Shown here one piece after another: positions 24,147 to 35,308 of a stretch of DNA of 64,000 bases. The notes below the pieces were generated by a model. The model saw nothing but the letters and a program-made list of their open reading frames with translations. It ran no database searches and had not been told where the DNA came from. Every line of letters begins with the position of its first letter. Position 1 is the first letter of the stretch. Made by a program: the position numbers and the translations under genes. Source of the stretch: Nemertoderma westbladi (Eukaryota > Animalia > Xenacoelomorpha); assembly GCA_032718475.1 (NCBI GenBank), contig JAUCBJ010003333.1:66943-130942 (forward strand). The letters are read 5' to 3'.

Positions 24147-26265
24147 TACAAAGCCAACCAATAGTACAGCCAATAACAGATAATTTGTATCCTAGCGACG
24201 GCAACACTTTTTGTAGTGTGAGGCAGGGACAAGGGGCCTTGGGCTTGGGCAAGAATAATGAACTCAGCTGGCTGTGTAGCAGTAGCAGTTACCGGTAGTG
24301 TTGGATTTTATATACCGGTCTGCCCCTCCACTGGAACGCCTGCTGCAGTACTGCAGTAGCGTACCACCGCCCGCACTTTCACAGGCCTTACTACGGTAGG
24401 CCTACCTGCCTACTATACATTTCACTTGTATTCTAGGCTTGTCTGCAGGTTATCAGCTTTGGTACGGCTGTATGCAGGCAGCAGGTATGGTCTGACGGTT
24501 GTTGTATAATTAAATTCAGAAATTTAGGCCTATTTCAGTATTTCATGTATTATTTGTTAATTTTTAGTGAGCCTAACTGCCTAATACTGTGATTGTACTA
24601 GGCCTAGCATTTTTGTTTTCTCATGTTCTTTCAGTAACCAATCCACATTCACCCATTTGGCTAATAACCTCAGGATTTTAGTAAACTCATGAGTCTGACT
24701 TCCCTCTGAAGCTCTGATCTAAGTTCCACCTACCTACCTACTGCTTATTTTATACAATCTGCCTGCATTATAGGCCTACTGCAGTTCCCTAAACTTCAAG
24801 TTCGAAAGTTGTAATCCTGTAATCCTTATATCCGAGGATCCCTATGAGGTGAGGATCACTTGCAGCTTATCCTAACGAATCGTCTCCTTCTGCATATACA
24901 GATATCAGGATATAGATGACTGCTGAGTCTTCAACGTTGACGACACAAACTGGCGGACTGGGTGCCAGCACGTTTGCGATAACATTCTCGTATATCTCTG
25001 GACGGCCAAGGTCGAGAGAGGGTCGTACCGGAACTCTATCATTGCGACTTCCGGCCCTTAGCCTCGTTTCTCCGACGCAATGCTGAAAGATGCAAAAGTG
25101 CGCCTACTGGGCATGCTCGAATCCGGTGGGAAAACTACCGGTAGTTCCAATCGCATTGTACGTATACGTAAGCAGGACTTCGCTAAAAGCAAACATGCAT
25201 GTGAAACTAAAGAAACTTCGTGGTATCGGTACGATTATAGCGCGTGGTTTATGGTACTTGCAACGTTTACCGGATGAAATCTTAGGCTCTAGAATCAGCG
25301 GCATGAAATACTGAAATACAAAGTGCAAAACTTTCGTGGGTCAAGTCGTGGAGCAGAAATTATTTGATTAATTGAACAAATTAAATTCACAATTTAGTAT
25401 TGAATCTTTAATATATTATACTAAATAATAATAATATTAATTATATTATGTAAATATATTAATAGTATAAACAGCTATAGCTATATACCATAAATATATT
25501 GTTATATTTCATAATTAAAATTTGTTTAATAAATTATTTTGCATTTTGTACAAATACTGATATATTTTTTAGCGTATTTACAAAAGCAAAGAATATAAAG
25601 GTGCTTTTGTGATAATTATGCAAATGAATTTTTTATTTTAATTCAAATACTTACAGTAATATTAACCAAGTTTTTGTTAAACAGTAAAATTTAGTTTTCA
25701 TTCTTTGATATATTTTTTTGTGGGTTTTAAATAAAATTTGAAATATTTTTGGTACTAACAATTAGTAAATTGTGGATTTCAGTTTCCAACAATTACATTT
25801 AAATCGCACTCTTATATGAACAGAACTTCACAGTCTAGTCCAATATTAAAATTGTTTGCGAATTCGAATTGTTTGTGAAACATATATGTTTCATCATAAT
25901 ATGAATTTTTATCGTAGTTGTTACTGGAAGATGGCACAACCGAATTTTATTTAGTAGGTATAGGCCCTAGCCAGCAAACTTGTGGTGCTGTATGTTGGTA
26001 CAGTACATTAATAGTTGTTATGGGTACAATTAATTATTGCGGAATTTCAGAACAGTAATAATATTAATAATGTTAATAACCTACTGTATTAGCTTTATGA
26101 TGTTCAGGATGCATATTTGGTGTACAGAATCGATAATGGATATACTCTGTGTTCCTATTAAAGTACTGATAATGTAATAATATATATGATTATTGCTTAT
26201 TTTTTTTTTTTTAATAATATAAATAAGGTATTAATTATTATAAAACAAAGAATCTTAATAATGAA

Positions 26266-26419
26266 TGGGAGCATCTTTTAGGCTCGTTAAGCCAAGGAAT
26301 GCCTGTTCATGTAAACCCTTCCACTCTGTTTCCCAAAGTCTTGGTTCCCATTTATCGACCACTGAAGGATGAAAGCCGGGCTTAGGCTAGGGGTTAGGCT
26401 ATGGGCTAGGGGTTAGGCT
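26266..26419. mobile_element. Short SINE-like insertion with 17-bp TSD
   Basis: AGAATCTTAATAATGAA at 26249-26265 and 26420-26436; CCCATTTATCGACC..GAAGGATGAAAG SINE-core-like segment; GGTTAGGCTA repeats. Confidence 0.55.
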
Positions 26420-26522
26420 AGAATCTTAATAATGAAATTATTAAGAGTGAATTAAGCCACCGCAAACTGACGTTACAAGGCGGGAAATTTGAGACTACTA
26501 CTAAGACAAACACAGTAACATG

Positions 26523-27097
26523 AGTAGTAGAAGAAGAGGTGACCCCAAATTCCGGTGCTAAATTACGGCGTTTAATTGGCCACATCTGTCACCATCGAGG
26601 TAGTTACCATCAACCAATCGTAGCGTATTCACCTACGCGTAGCCTAACCTCGCGTAGCCCACCTTATTCAACAGCAGCTGTTACCACCCTTCGGTATTGA
26701 TTCGTATCATTGCTGCAACAACCATCCATTGCATATTCATCTTCGCGTAGCCTAACTTCTCGACGCATGGCTAGCCCCCAACCCATCGCTATTCGATCAA
26801 CTGCTGTTACCCACCCACTCACCAACCAACCAACAGCGATACACCCTCAGATTATTCCCCTTTTCGCCACGCTACCACCTCCACATACTGTATATGGTGA
26901 CTAAAACGATAACGTGGCCATCTACACGATGCATATACCAAGTCGTTATATTACAGTATATTATATCGATTGCCAACTCAACGATTTACATCCCTCCGTT
27001 GATAGAGCTACTCAACTGCTGTCGCCAAACCAACAAACCAACCACTCAGTATGATACATGTGCATGAAATTCCGCCACGTTCCAGCTACACGTATAC
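26523..27097 (+). repeat. Maverick left TIR
   Basis: Reverse complement of 44651-45261 apart from two indels and a few substitutions. Confidence 0.95.
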
Positions 27098-27385
27098 ACA
27101 CATTAGTGATTATTATTATTATGCAATAATTTTTAATTAAACTGCATTTTCCCTCCCGGCTAATCAACCAATCAATAAACCGAATTTAGGCTATTTCTCA
27201 GTTTAAGACCTGTATTATTTTTGAAAATATCTTATATATATAATCTCTTGCTTTAATCACAATTAATCATTTGTAATGGTTTTAGTTTAAAAGTTTTTAC
27301 TTTGTTTGTTTGATTTACAATAAAATAAATTAAATAATGTCTTCTGATTCCGATATGGTTATGCCAATAGTAAGGCATTCATTTT

Positions 27386-27778
27386 TTGCAGAAGATGGTC
27401 AAGCCTATATTGTTTGATTATACAATTTACCGTCAGGGAGATGATAAATATAAAATTGAGTTTTCTGAAAAAGCCAGGAAAGTTTTAAGCTCAATTGATA
27501 TTGATGCTTCTGATAATAGTATTCATCTCTTAGATTACAACCTGAAAGTTGAGCATGAGGGAAAATTAATCAACATCTTACTATTATCCATGATAGAGGG
27601 GTTTATTGTTATTACACAATACAACGAAGCTGGTGAAAAGTTTGAAATACGGCTAAATCGGCATAGCCCCTACGAAATTATGTCTTTCTTTATTGTAATG
27701 ATTTCAAAGGAATCCTTTATCGAACCTGAAGAATCAACAGATAATGTTGAATATGTTGATAATATCATTGATTCTTGA
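27386..27778 (+). CDS. Maverick accessory protein of unknown function (possible true ATG at 27337 with a frameshift in the T-run)
   Basis: ORF with acidic C-terminus; upstream TATA-like sequence at ~27233. Confidence 0.5.
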   Translation: MQKMVKPILFDYTIYRQGDDKYKIEFSEKARKVLSSIDIDASDNSIHLLDYNLKVEHEGKLINILLLSMIEGFIVITQYNEAGEKFEIRLNRHSPYEIMSFFIVMISKESFIEPEESTDNVEYVDNIIDS

Positions 27779-27941
27779 CTTTTCCCTCTATATTATAAAT
27801 ATTTTATGATTATTTATAAAATTTTAATGTTTTTAAATAATCGAAAATTGTAGTAGTATTTGTATATACAGTATAACAGTTTTGTTTGTTGTTGTTGTGT
27901 ATTGAGGTAATTATTTTCAATTTACTTTAAAATTTGGAAAA

Positions 27942-28394
27942 ATGGATATTTTAAATGAAAAATGTCCAGTTTGCTATTCTAAGTTATTGCAACAACATCG
28001 AGATTATTATAAATGTGAAAATAAACATGCAACTTGCGTACAATGTATTGTACAATATTCCGAAATGAATAATTATTGTTCTAAAATTTGTCCTATTTGT
28101 CGCGCACCCATATCTAAGTTTAATATAAAGTTGGCAAGTTATCAACCCTATTATTGGAAAGAGCTTCGCAATATAACTTATATTTCTGCGGAAAGTAATG
28201 ATCCGGGAGATTTATTTACAATATTGGAGAATTTTTTTTATAGAAATGTAGTACGACGGTGTTGCTACTATATTCCTTATTTTTTTAGCAGCGAACATAA
28301 AAAAATCATTAGTGCGAAATTCTCGGGAAGTGATTTCCAAACCGCCGATGTTACCTATCATTATTTCGCGTATAAAGATGCTCACCATGCTTGA
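27942..28394 (+). CDS. RING-finger (C3HC4) protein, putative E3 ligase
   Basis: CPVC-x13-CENKHATCVQC-x14-CPICR. Confidence 0.85.
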   Translation: MDILNEKCPVCYSKLLQQHRDYYKCENKHATCVQCIVQYSEMNNYCSKICPICRAPISKFNIKLASYQPYYWKELRNITYISAESNDPGDLFTILENFFYRNVVRRCCYYIPYFFSSEHKKIISAKFSGSDFQTADVTYHYFAYKDAHHA

Positions 28395-28611
28395 AATTAC
28401 ATCAGTCTATACTATAATTGGAAATAGCACCTTTTGTTGCAGCGAGCGTCACATACTGTAGTTGTGTCATATGTTAATTAAATATACAGTACTCTAATAT
28501 TGTAGTTGCCTCAATTATTGTTATATACATAGTAATGGTGATGGTTTATTGATATTGATATTGATATTTATATTATATTGTATTGTTGATATATCTTAAT
28601 AATAATAATAA

Positions 28612-29292
28612 ATGGCTGACTTTAATTCAGGTCCATATAATTTAAACTTTCAAATGGGAACGAGTATGATAATTTCTGGGCCATCTGGTTCTGGAAAGTC
28701 AATGTTTGTCAGTAATTTAATTAAACACAAGAATGGTTGTTTCAACGAAGCCCCCTTGCGAGTATTGTATTGTTACGGGAGCAATCTCCCGACTATTCCA
28801 GGTATTACTCACCTTTACAAAGGTTTGCCTGAAAATATAGATAGTTTAGTGAATAGTCGAGATTTATTAATTATAGATGATTTATTAACAGAAACTGAGT
28901 CCAGTACAGCTTTAACTGTATTGTTTACTAAGGTAGCTCATCATTCCAATATATTTATTTGTTTTATAACGCAAAACATGTTTTACGGTAGGAAGCATAA
29001 CCGCACAAGATCAATTAATAGCCATACTTTAGTATTAATGAAAAATCCGCGAGACAGTTTATCAGTTTTAAATTTCGCGAAGCAGATGTTACCAGGGCAG
29101 ACCAAATTTTTAGTTGATTCCTATCAAGATGCGACAATTGAACCATTTTCACATTTCTTAATTGATTTACGACAGGAAACACCCGAACATTTAAGATTTA
29201 GATCGGATATATTTCGTAATCATAATTGTTACATTAAAAATTACATTGACTATAAACGTAGTGAAAATAATAATAATAATAATAATAAATAA
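28612..29292 (+). CDS. A32/FtsK-family genome packaging ATPase
   Basis: Walker A GPSGSGKS, Walker B LLIIDD, HHSNI..ITQNMF, KNPRD. Confidence 0.95.
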   Translation: MADFNSGPYNLNFQMGTSMIISGPSGSGKSMFVSNLIKHKNGCFNEAPLRVLYCYGSNLPTIPGITHLYKGLPENIDSLVNSRDLLIIDDLLTETESSTALTVLFTKVAHHSNIFICFITQNMFYGRKHNRTRSINSHTLVLMKNPRDSLSVLNFAKQMLPGQTKFLVDSYQDATIEPFSHFLIDLRQETPEHLRFRSDIFRNHNCYIKNYIDYKRSENNNNNNNK

Positions 29293-29329
29293 TTAATATT
29301 TTGTAACAATTTTCAATAATGTTGCAACA

Positions 29330-29713
29330 ATGAATAGACTTGTACAGAAATATCGTAACGAACTGGAATTTCTACGCAGCGCTACCCCTCAACAAAGAAC
29401 TTATTTTATTAATCATACCGCGAGTAACGAATTAATACGGCTCATTGTAAATACTGCATTAAATGTTCTAAAAGGTAACGTACAATTAACCCCTCATTCA
29501 TTTAGAAATATTCGCCGCTATAAGAAGGTATTGAAATCACTCAACCGTAAAACAAAAAATATATCAAGTTACAGAAAAAAGTTAAGCAATCAATCTGGAG
29601 GTATACTACCATTTCTAATACCCTTACTCGGCATTGGTGCGAAACTCGCCGCGAGTGCCGGTGCCGCCACCGCTGGAGCAGCTATTGCGAAAAAAATTAA
29701 CCGCGGACGGTAA
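29330..29713 (+). CDS. Basic virion core protein (PW-like) with adenain-type site
   Basis: ALNVLKGNV; QSGG/ILPFLIPLL typical of Maverick core proteins. Confidence 0.75.
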   Translation: MNRLVQKYRNELEFLRSATPQQRTYFINHTASNELIRLIVNTALNVLKGNVQLTPHSFRNIRRYKKVLKSLNRKTKNISSYRKKLSNQSGGILPFLIPLLGIGAKLAASAGAATAGAAIAKKINRGR

Positions 29714-29715
29714 TA

Positions 29716-29887
29716 ATGGTTAAAACAGGAGTAACATTTAGAAAATTATATTTAGTATCGAGTAAACCGTTAGCTACTGATTTAAAACCACAAGATATAC
29801 CTAGAGTAAATACTACAAAAAGAAAACCCTTTAAAACATCAACTTCAAAGAAAATAATTAAAAAATTTCAGTTGTTCTTACGGTGAT
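29716..29887 (+). CDS. Small basic ORF (~56 aa, MVKTGVTFRKLYLV...), below the ORF-track cutoff
   Basis: ATG follows the previous stop (TAATAATG); hand translation. Confidence 0.4.
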
Positions 29888-29937
29888 GCCCTTTATAAGA
29901 GATTTGAATATACATATTACTTGCGGTTGTCGAAAAG

Positions 29938-31026
29938 ATGCCTCGCAAGATGAAACCGATTTTAAGCCGAAGCTTAGACAAAAAACTGTTAAGAATTTAT
30001 TTAGATCCATCATCCCCCGCGGGTTTTGCAAATGTTGCAAAATTAGCAAAAGCTGCAAACATCAAACCAGCACAAGCCCAGAAATGGTTGAGCGGGCAAA
30101 AGACATACACCCTTCACGCTCCACGTAGACATCATTATCCAACATCTAAAATATTTACGGGGGGTTTAAAAGATATATATATGATAGATCTGGTGGATAT
30201 GCAGCAATATAAATCGCAAAACAATAATTATAACTATATATTAACATGTATTGATGCCTTTAGCAGGCTTGCTTTTGGCTATGGTATGAAAACAAAAAAG
30301 GGTATTGAAATTATTAGTATATTGCAAAAAATATTCCAGAAAGGAAAACCAAACAGAATCGCGACTGATCAAGGGTCTGAGTTTCTAAATAAATCTGTAA
30401 GAAAATATTTAGATACGTTAGGTATACAGTATTACGTAATGTATTCTGTGAATAAGGCAGCTATTGTCGAGAGATTCAATAGAACATTAAAAACAAAGAT
30501 GTTCAAAATTTTTACACAACGAGGAAATAATGTTTGGATTAAAATTTTACCAAAGCTCATTTATGCTTATAATAGGTCATATCATAGGACAATAAAAATG
30601 ACACCTATTGAAGTTAATAAATTTAATGAAACTGAATTAATGAATAGATTATATGGGAAATATAGACAGATTAATCATAAGAAAATAAAATTTAAAGTTG
30701 GAGATACAGTACGATTATCTATCGCTCGTACTGCTTTTGCTAAAGGCTATCGAGAACAATGAACACGTGAATTATTTATTATTCATCGTGTCAGGTTGGA
30801 TAGAGTACCTGCTGTAATGTTCGATATTAAGGACAGCGCTGGAGCTATAATAAAGGGCTCATTTTATTCTCACGAACTCCAAAAGGTCCACCCGAATAGT
30901 AATATTTATCTAGCAATTGACAAAAATATTGGCAAACTTAAAGAACGTGTACGCAATGGGAAGAAAGAATATTTAGTCCGATTCATCGGATCCAAGAAAC
31001 AGTCTTGGGTACAGCATATTCAATAA
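29938..31026 (+). pseudogene. Retroviral-type (rve) integrase with chromodomain-like C-terminus; one in-frame TGA at 30760-30762
   Basis: IDLVDM, CIDAFSR, TDQGSEF, VERFNRTLK, AYNRSYHRTIKMTP; FAKGYREQ*TRELF (expected W); KEYLVRFIG. Confidence 0.93.
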
Positions 31027-31284
31027 GCTTAGGTTTATACTGTATATTAATTCATTTTGGTCGCATATGACCGTAATTAATCAATATTAACTCGAATGAT
31101 ATTACTATATCTATAGTTCATCCGTTTTAAATAAAGCCAATAAAATATTGATCCCGCGCATATACTGTAGAAGATGCGACAATGAACGTGGTCACAGATG
31201 TCTATAATTTAACATTATACTGTACTGTATGTACAATGGAGTCAAGTAGAGAGAGAGAGAGCTTAAATAATAATAATAATAATA

Positions 31285-32157
31285 ATGGCCACAGATACAT
31301 ATATCACTCTACTTTCAGATAGCTCATTAAACACTTACCCCAATAATAATCCTAGCGAGTTTACTGTTGATTTAGCCGAAGAATTATATATTGGTCCAAA
31401 CGCTAAAATTGGGCTTGCCGAGCTACAATACCAAGCAACATACAGTAATATTACACTGCAAACTCAAATCTCGCTGTCAATCGGGGTAGATGCAAAAGAT
31501 GCCAAATTATATAGTTTATTTCCTGGTATGCATAGCTCTATTCAAGTGATTATTGATGATATAAATAAACTGTTTAATTCTGAAGCGAAATATAGAGATT
31601 TCGAATTCATTTTTAATACAAATAATTCTAGAATTAAATTTAAATTTCCTAAAAAGTTGAAAAAAATACAATTAAGTCTACGTGGTGATTTAATACAAAT
31701 TCTAGGCTTAAAACCGTTATTGGATCGGAATCATCCTGGTATTCCGAATTGGGATATATACAGTACCACTACAGTAGATGAATTAAGCAATATAGAACAG
31801 CCGATATTAATTTTAAATTATAGCGGACCAAAAATTTTGGAAATTGGCATTTTAGATTTTCCAGCTCCCACGAATATAACACGTAATAAAGACACTATCT
31901 TTATATATACAGATATTATTAAGAGCTCATTTGTTGGTGACGCTTTAGCACCGCTCTTAAGAACCTGCCCTTTAACGCAATTAAATCGAAAATATATTAA
32001 TCACGAATATGAGAGCATTTGCTATTACCCGTTGTTGAATAAAAAACTAAAAACAATCTTAATTACTTTACGTGACGGACAAGGCGAATTAATTAATTTT
32101 AGCGGAGGTCGCACTGTTATAACACTTAAGTTAATACGGGGTGGCAGTGATGGATGA
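31285..32157 (+). CDS. Minor capsid (penton) protein 1
   Basis: YITLLSDSS..YPNN..SEF; IFIYTDII..VGDALAPLLR; YYPL; RDGQGELINF. Confidence 0.88.
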   Translation: MATDTYITLLSDSSLNTYPNNNPSEFTVDLAEELYIGPNAKIGLAELQYQATYSNITLQTQISLSIGVDAKDAKLYSLFPGMHSSIQVIIDDINKLFNSEAKYRDFEFIFNTNNSRIKFKFPKKLKKIQLSLRGDLIQILGLKPLLDRNHPGIPNWDIYSTTTVDELSNIEQPILILNYSGPKILEIGILDFPAPTNITRNKDTIFIYTDIIKSSFVGDALAPLLRTCPLTQLNRKYINHEYESICYYPLLNKKLKTILITLRDGQGELINFSGGRTVITLKLIRGGSDG

Positions 32158-32995
32158 ATTCTACGTAAGACTACCAAGTAACTCCTGTCCAATTGATTTT
32201 CCCCGCAATAGCGCTAGTAATTATCAGATCAATTTCCATGGCGCCTTACCTATAAACCCAAACGAAAACTGGGTGGTAGGTATAAAAAGTATATTTTACT
32301 TAGCTACGTTGCCGTCCATGTATAACAATGTAGAGAATGTTATTTTATTAAAAAAAGGAAAAAAAAATTTTGAGGATACACTTCCATCCGGTTTGTTCTA
32401 CAGTATCAATGACATTATAGATTATTTTAACACGGGGGCGTTGAAAGATAAATTACAAATAGTTGAAAATACTCAGCAAAATAGGTTGCAATTTATTTTA
32501 GGGAAAACTGTGCGAGAGTTATTTATAGGTCAACAATTAGCCTATTATTTTGGAATTACTGAAAATAATCTCGGCGCGAATTTAAATCCAAATTTTAAAA
32601 TTATTTTGAAGACGAAAAATAATATAAAGGGTTATTTAATAAAGGTTATCGGAAATGGAGAAAAAGCTTACCAGATGGTATTTTTATGCCCTCAACCACC
32701 CAATTCTATTCCAGAACCTAAGTCGAACATGTACGTGACTACTAATATAATTGAAAATCAATATATTAATGACTTTGGTTTAGCTTTACTTCGTCGTGTT
32801 GCGATACCTGATGACGTGAAATATGGTAGCGTAATAAATAAAGAATTTGTCAAGGATACAATTCATTATATCCCTGTAAAAAAATCATATAAGATAACAT
32901 ACATTCATATTGAAATAACAGACAAAGAAGGAAAAGATTTGAATTTTGAATACGGGACAACATCTATTACATTACACTTTAAACGAATAAATTAA
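32150..32995 (+). CDS. Minor capsid (penton) protein 2
   Basis: FYVRLPSNS..FPRN; MYVTTNII..LALLRRV; YIPV; DKEGKDLNFEYG..LHFKR. Confidence 0.85.
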   Translation: MDEFYVRLPSNSCPIDFPRNSASNYQINFHGALPINPNENWVVGIKSIFYLATLPSMYNNVENVILLKKGKKNFEDTLPSGLFYSINDIIDYFNTGALKDKLQIVENTQQNRLQFILGKTVRELFIGQQLAYYFGITENNLGANLNPNFKIILKTKNNIKGYLIKVIGNGEKAYQMVFLCPQPPNSIPEPKSNMYVTTNIIENQYINDFGLALLRRVAIPDDVKYGSVINKEFVKDTIHYIPVKKSYKITYIHIEITDKEGKDLNFEYGTTSITLHFKRIN

Positions 32996-32996
32996 A

Positions 32997-33560
32997 ATGG
33001 ATTCTGATTTATTTCAAAGATACAGTAAACCTCAATATGGTGGTGCAGACTCGAATCTTGCTGTTTTTAAAGGTGGTAGAAGTACGAGAGGCTCGACGCA
33101 AGTTCCTGTTTTTCGAGGTGGTTCATATATTGACCCTTACGGTCAACAAATTGGCGCATTTGGTCCAAACTTAAAACAACGTCGTTTTCAGCATTATCGT
33201 AGAGGTATGCGGGCAAATCAACACGGAGAAGGTATATTTACAGACGCTTTATCGACATTGAAAAAATTTGGTAAGCCATTAGCTAAAAAAGTTTTACAGA
33301 AAGCTTTACCATTTACCACAAAATTTATGAGACAACATGTAATACCAAAAGGTAAGCGGGTCTTACATCAGCAGGCTAATACGGTTATTAATAAAGCATT
33401 AAATAAAATGAAACCGTCGACAAGGTCAGTTGTAGAAAAAGTTTATAGAGATTTAAAGCCACCCGCTAGACCAATGTCTATGAACATACATCATCGACGT
33501 AGTAATAAAAATAAAAAAATAAAGGGCAAACTGAAACACTGCGAAAAAAGTATTTTTTAA
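32997..33560 (+). CDS. Basic core/membrane-lytic precursor with Gly-containing protease sites
   Basis: QYGGA, FKGG, FRGG, QHGEGIF followed by an amphipathic helix; lies between penton and MCP. Confidence 0.65.
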   Translation: MDSDLFQRYSKPQYGGADSNLAVFKGGRSTRGSTQVPVFRGGSYIDPYGQQIGAFGPNLKQRRFQHYRRGMRANQHGEGIFTDALSTLKKFGKPLAKKVLQKALPFTTKFMRQHVIPKGKRVLHQQANTVINKALNKMKPSTRSVVEKVYRDLKPPARPMSMNIHHRRSNKNKKIKGKLKHCEKSIF

Positions 33561-33562
33561 TA

Positions 33563-34822
33563 ATGTCAATTATTAAGGAATTAGATTTATTTTCTACACA
33601 GCCAATACAGACTGAATTTAAAGCAAAGCATTATGAAACAATTTACCCCGTATCTAATCTCAGAAGTGAGTCTAGAGAAGTCACGTTCCTTGTACCGAGA
33701 TCCAAAGAATTCTATACGAAACTGCAAGATGCGTTATTAATTACAAAATGTACTGTACGGTGGGATAGACGACTTGAAAATTCTCATATATATATGCTGA
33801 ATTACCCCGCTGAAACTATGTGGAGTGATATTAAAATAGACCTTAATGAGAAGCAGGTTGAAAATAGCAATAACCATTATTTCTACAAGTCGTACTTATC
33901 CAATTTACTATTTATAACTTACGAGGATAAAAATGGGCTACTGGGTGCGGGTGGCTTTCATCAACCTTTATCTGAGCACGGAAATGAAATTGACCCCGGC
34001 GCGCATCCTATTGGCGATGCCTTTAGTAAACAAATGCAATTTGTAAGTGGATTGACTATTGATTTTGATACTGAAAGCAAAATAATACAACCTGGGTATG
34101 ATTTAAGAATGCATTTTAGAAAAGTATCAAATTCGTTTATTTTTAAAATCACTCCAAACGCAAACGCGGTGACAAATCTTCGGCTAGAATTAGATGAAAT
34201 AAAGATCCTAATCCCTAGAATGGAGGTTAATCCGGTAATAGAAAGCAGTCACCTAAAAGGTTTAGAGAGTTACGATATTGAATATCAATTCCAAAAAAAG
34301 GAGGTTACAACATTTACTATTCCCGCTCAAACCACAAATTACACCCAAACAAACATATTTGATGGTAAAAAACCCAAATTAGTTATTATCGGCTTCATAA
34401 CAAATAACGCTTATTCGGGAGAATTAATTAGCAATCCCTTGAAATTTGAACATTTTAACCTTACACGCGCGGAACTGATTGTAGACGGTCTTCCAGTAGG
34501 TGGTGTAATATACGAGCCTAATTTTACAGATGGAACATATATTTTTGAGTATACTCAATTAATGAAGAACATTAATACATATATTAACGGTTATGGAGGT
34601 AATAATATAGACCATGAAACCTACTTAGGTAATTGCCCCATCCTATCCTGGGACTTAACCGCCGACGGCTATGTTAGAGATCCGCAACCGTCGATATATA
34701 CTAACGGCCAATTAAAATTAAGATTTGCCGAACCGTTGGTTGAAACCATAAATGTAATCGTTTTTAATATTTATGATCAATCATTAAGTTTAAATAGCAG
34801 GAAAGAAATACATATCGATTAA
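33563..34822 (+). CDS. Double jelly-roll major capsid protein
   Basis: ELDLFS, YETIYP, PKLVIIGF..NAYSG..NPLKFEHFNL, WDLTAD, LRFAEPL. Confidence 0.92.
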   Translation: MSIIKELDLFSTQPIQTEFKAKHYETIYPVSNLRSESREVTFLVPRSKEFYTKLQDALLITKCTVRWDRRLENSHIYMLNYPAETMWSDIKIDLNEKQVENSNNHYFYKSYLSNLLFITYEDKNGLLGAGGFHQPLSEHGNEIDPGAHPIGDAFSKQMQFVSGLTIDFDTESKIIQPGYDLRMHFRKVSNSFIFKITPNANAVTNLRLELDEIKILIPRMEVNPVIESSHLKGLESYDIEYQFQKKEVTTFTIPAQTTNYTQTNIFDGKKPKLVIIGFITNNAYSGELISNPLKFEHFNLTRAELIVDGLPVGGVIYEPNFTDGTYIFEYTQLMKNINTYINGYGGNNIDHETYLGNCPILSWDLTADGYVRDPQPSIYTNGQLKLRFAEPLVETINVIVFNIYDQSLSLNSRKEIHID

Positions 34823-34848
34823 GTATATTATCTACAGAGGACCTTGAT

Positions 34849-35277
34849 ATGTTTCCAGTGGGTGGTCACTATTTGGGTGCGTTTCCAGCTAATAAATTAC
34901 CTAAATTAGATAATAATAAGCGAAGAGACTATGGCTTAATAGTAAATACCGATAAAGAGCATCTACCCGGGATTCATTGGATCGCGATATATATACGAGA
35001 TAATGAAGCTGAATTATTTGATTCATTCGGATCAAAATATCCTAACAGATGCATCGAAAAATGGCTTGAGAAAAATTCCGCAAGGTGGCGTACTACTCGC
35101 AAACAATTTCAAGACCCAAGGAGGACCACATGCAGTCTATACTGTCTTTATTATTTGGTAAATCGAATTCACACAAACTATCCAATGAGCGCGTTTACAA
35201 ATAATGTGGAAATAAATGAAATAATATTATATAAATGGCTTGTTAATTATTATAAAATAAACCAACAAGCGTTGTAA
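34849..35277 (+). CDS. Adenain-like cysteine maturation protease
   Basis: VNTD..PGIHW, FDSFG, Q..TTCSLYCLYYL (His/Asp/Cys). Confidence 0.93.
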   Translation: MFPVGGHYLGAFPANKLPKLDNNKRRDYGLIVNTDKEHLPGIHWIAIYIRDNEAELFDSFGSKYPNRCIEKWLEKNSARWRTTRKQFQDPRRTTCSLYCLYYLVNRIHTNYPMSAFTNNVEINEIILYKWLVNYYKINQQAL

Positions 35278-35308
35278 TTAATCATTTAACTTTTGTTTAT
35301 CAGATAAA

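Noticed and set aside
26380-26420. Interstitial telomere
   Set aside because: Only a few degenerate GGTTAGGCTA units, inside a TSD-bounded insertion
26710-26904. ORFs within the TIRs (also 45025-45219)
   Set aside because: Short, low-complexity, and altered by indels between the two TIRs
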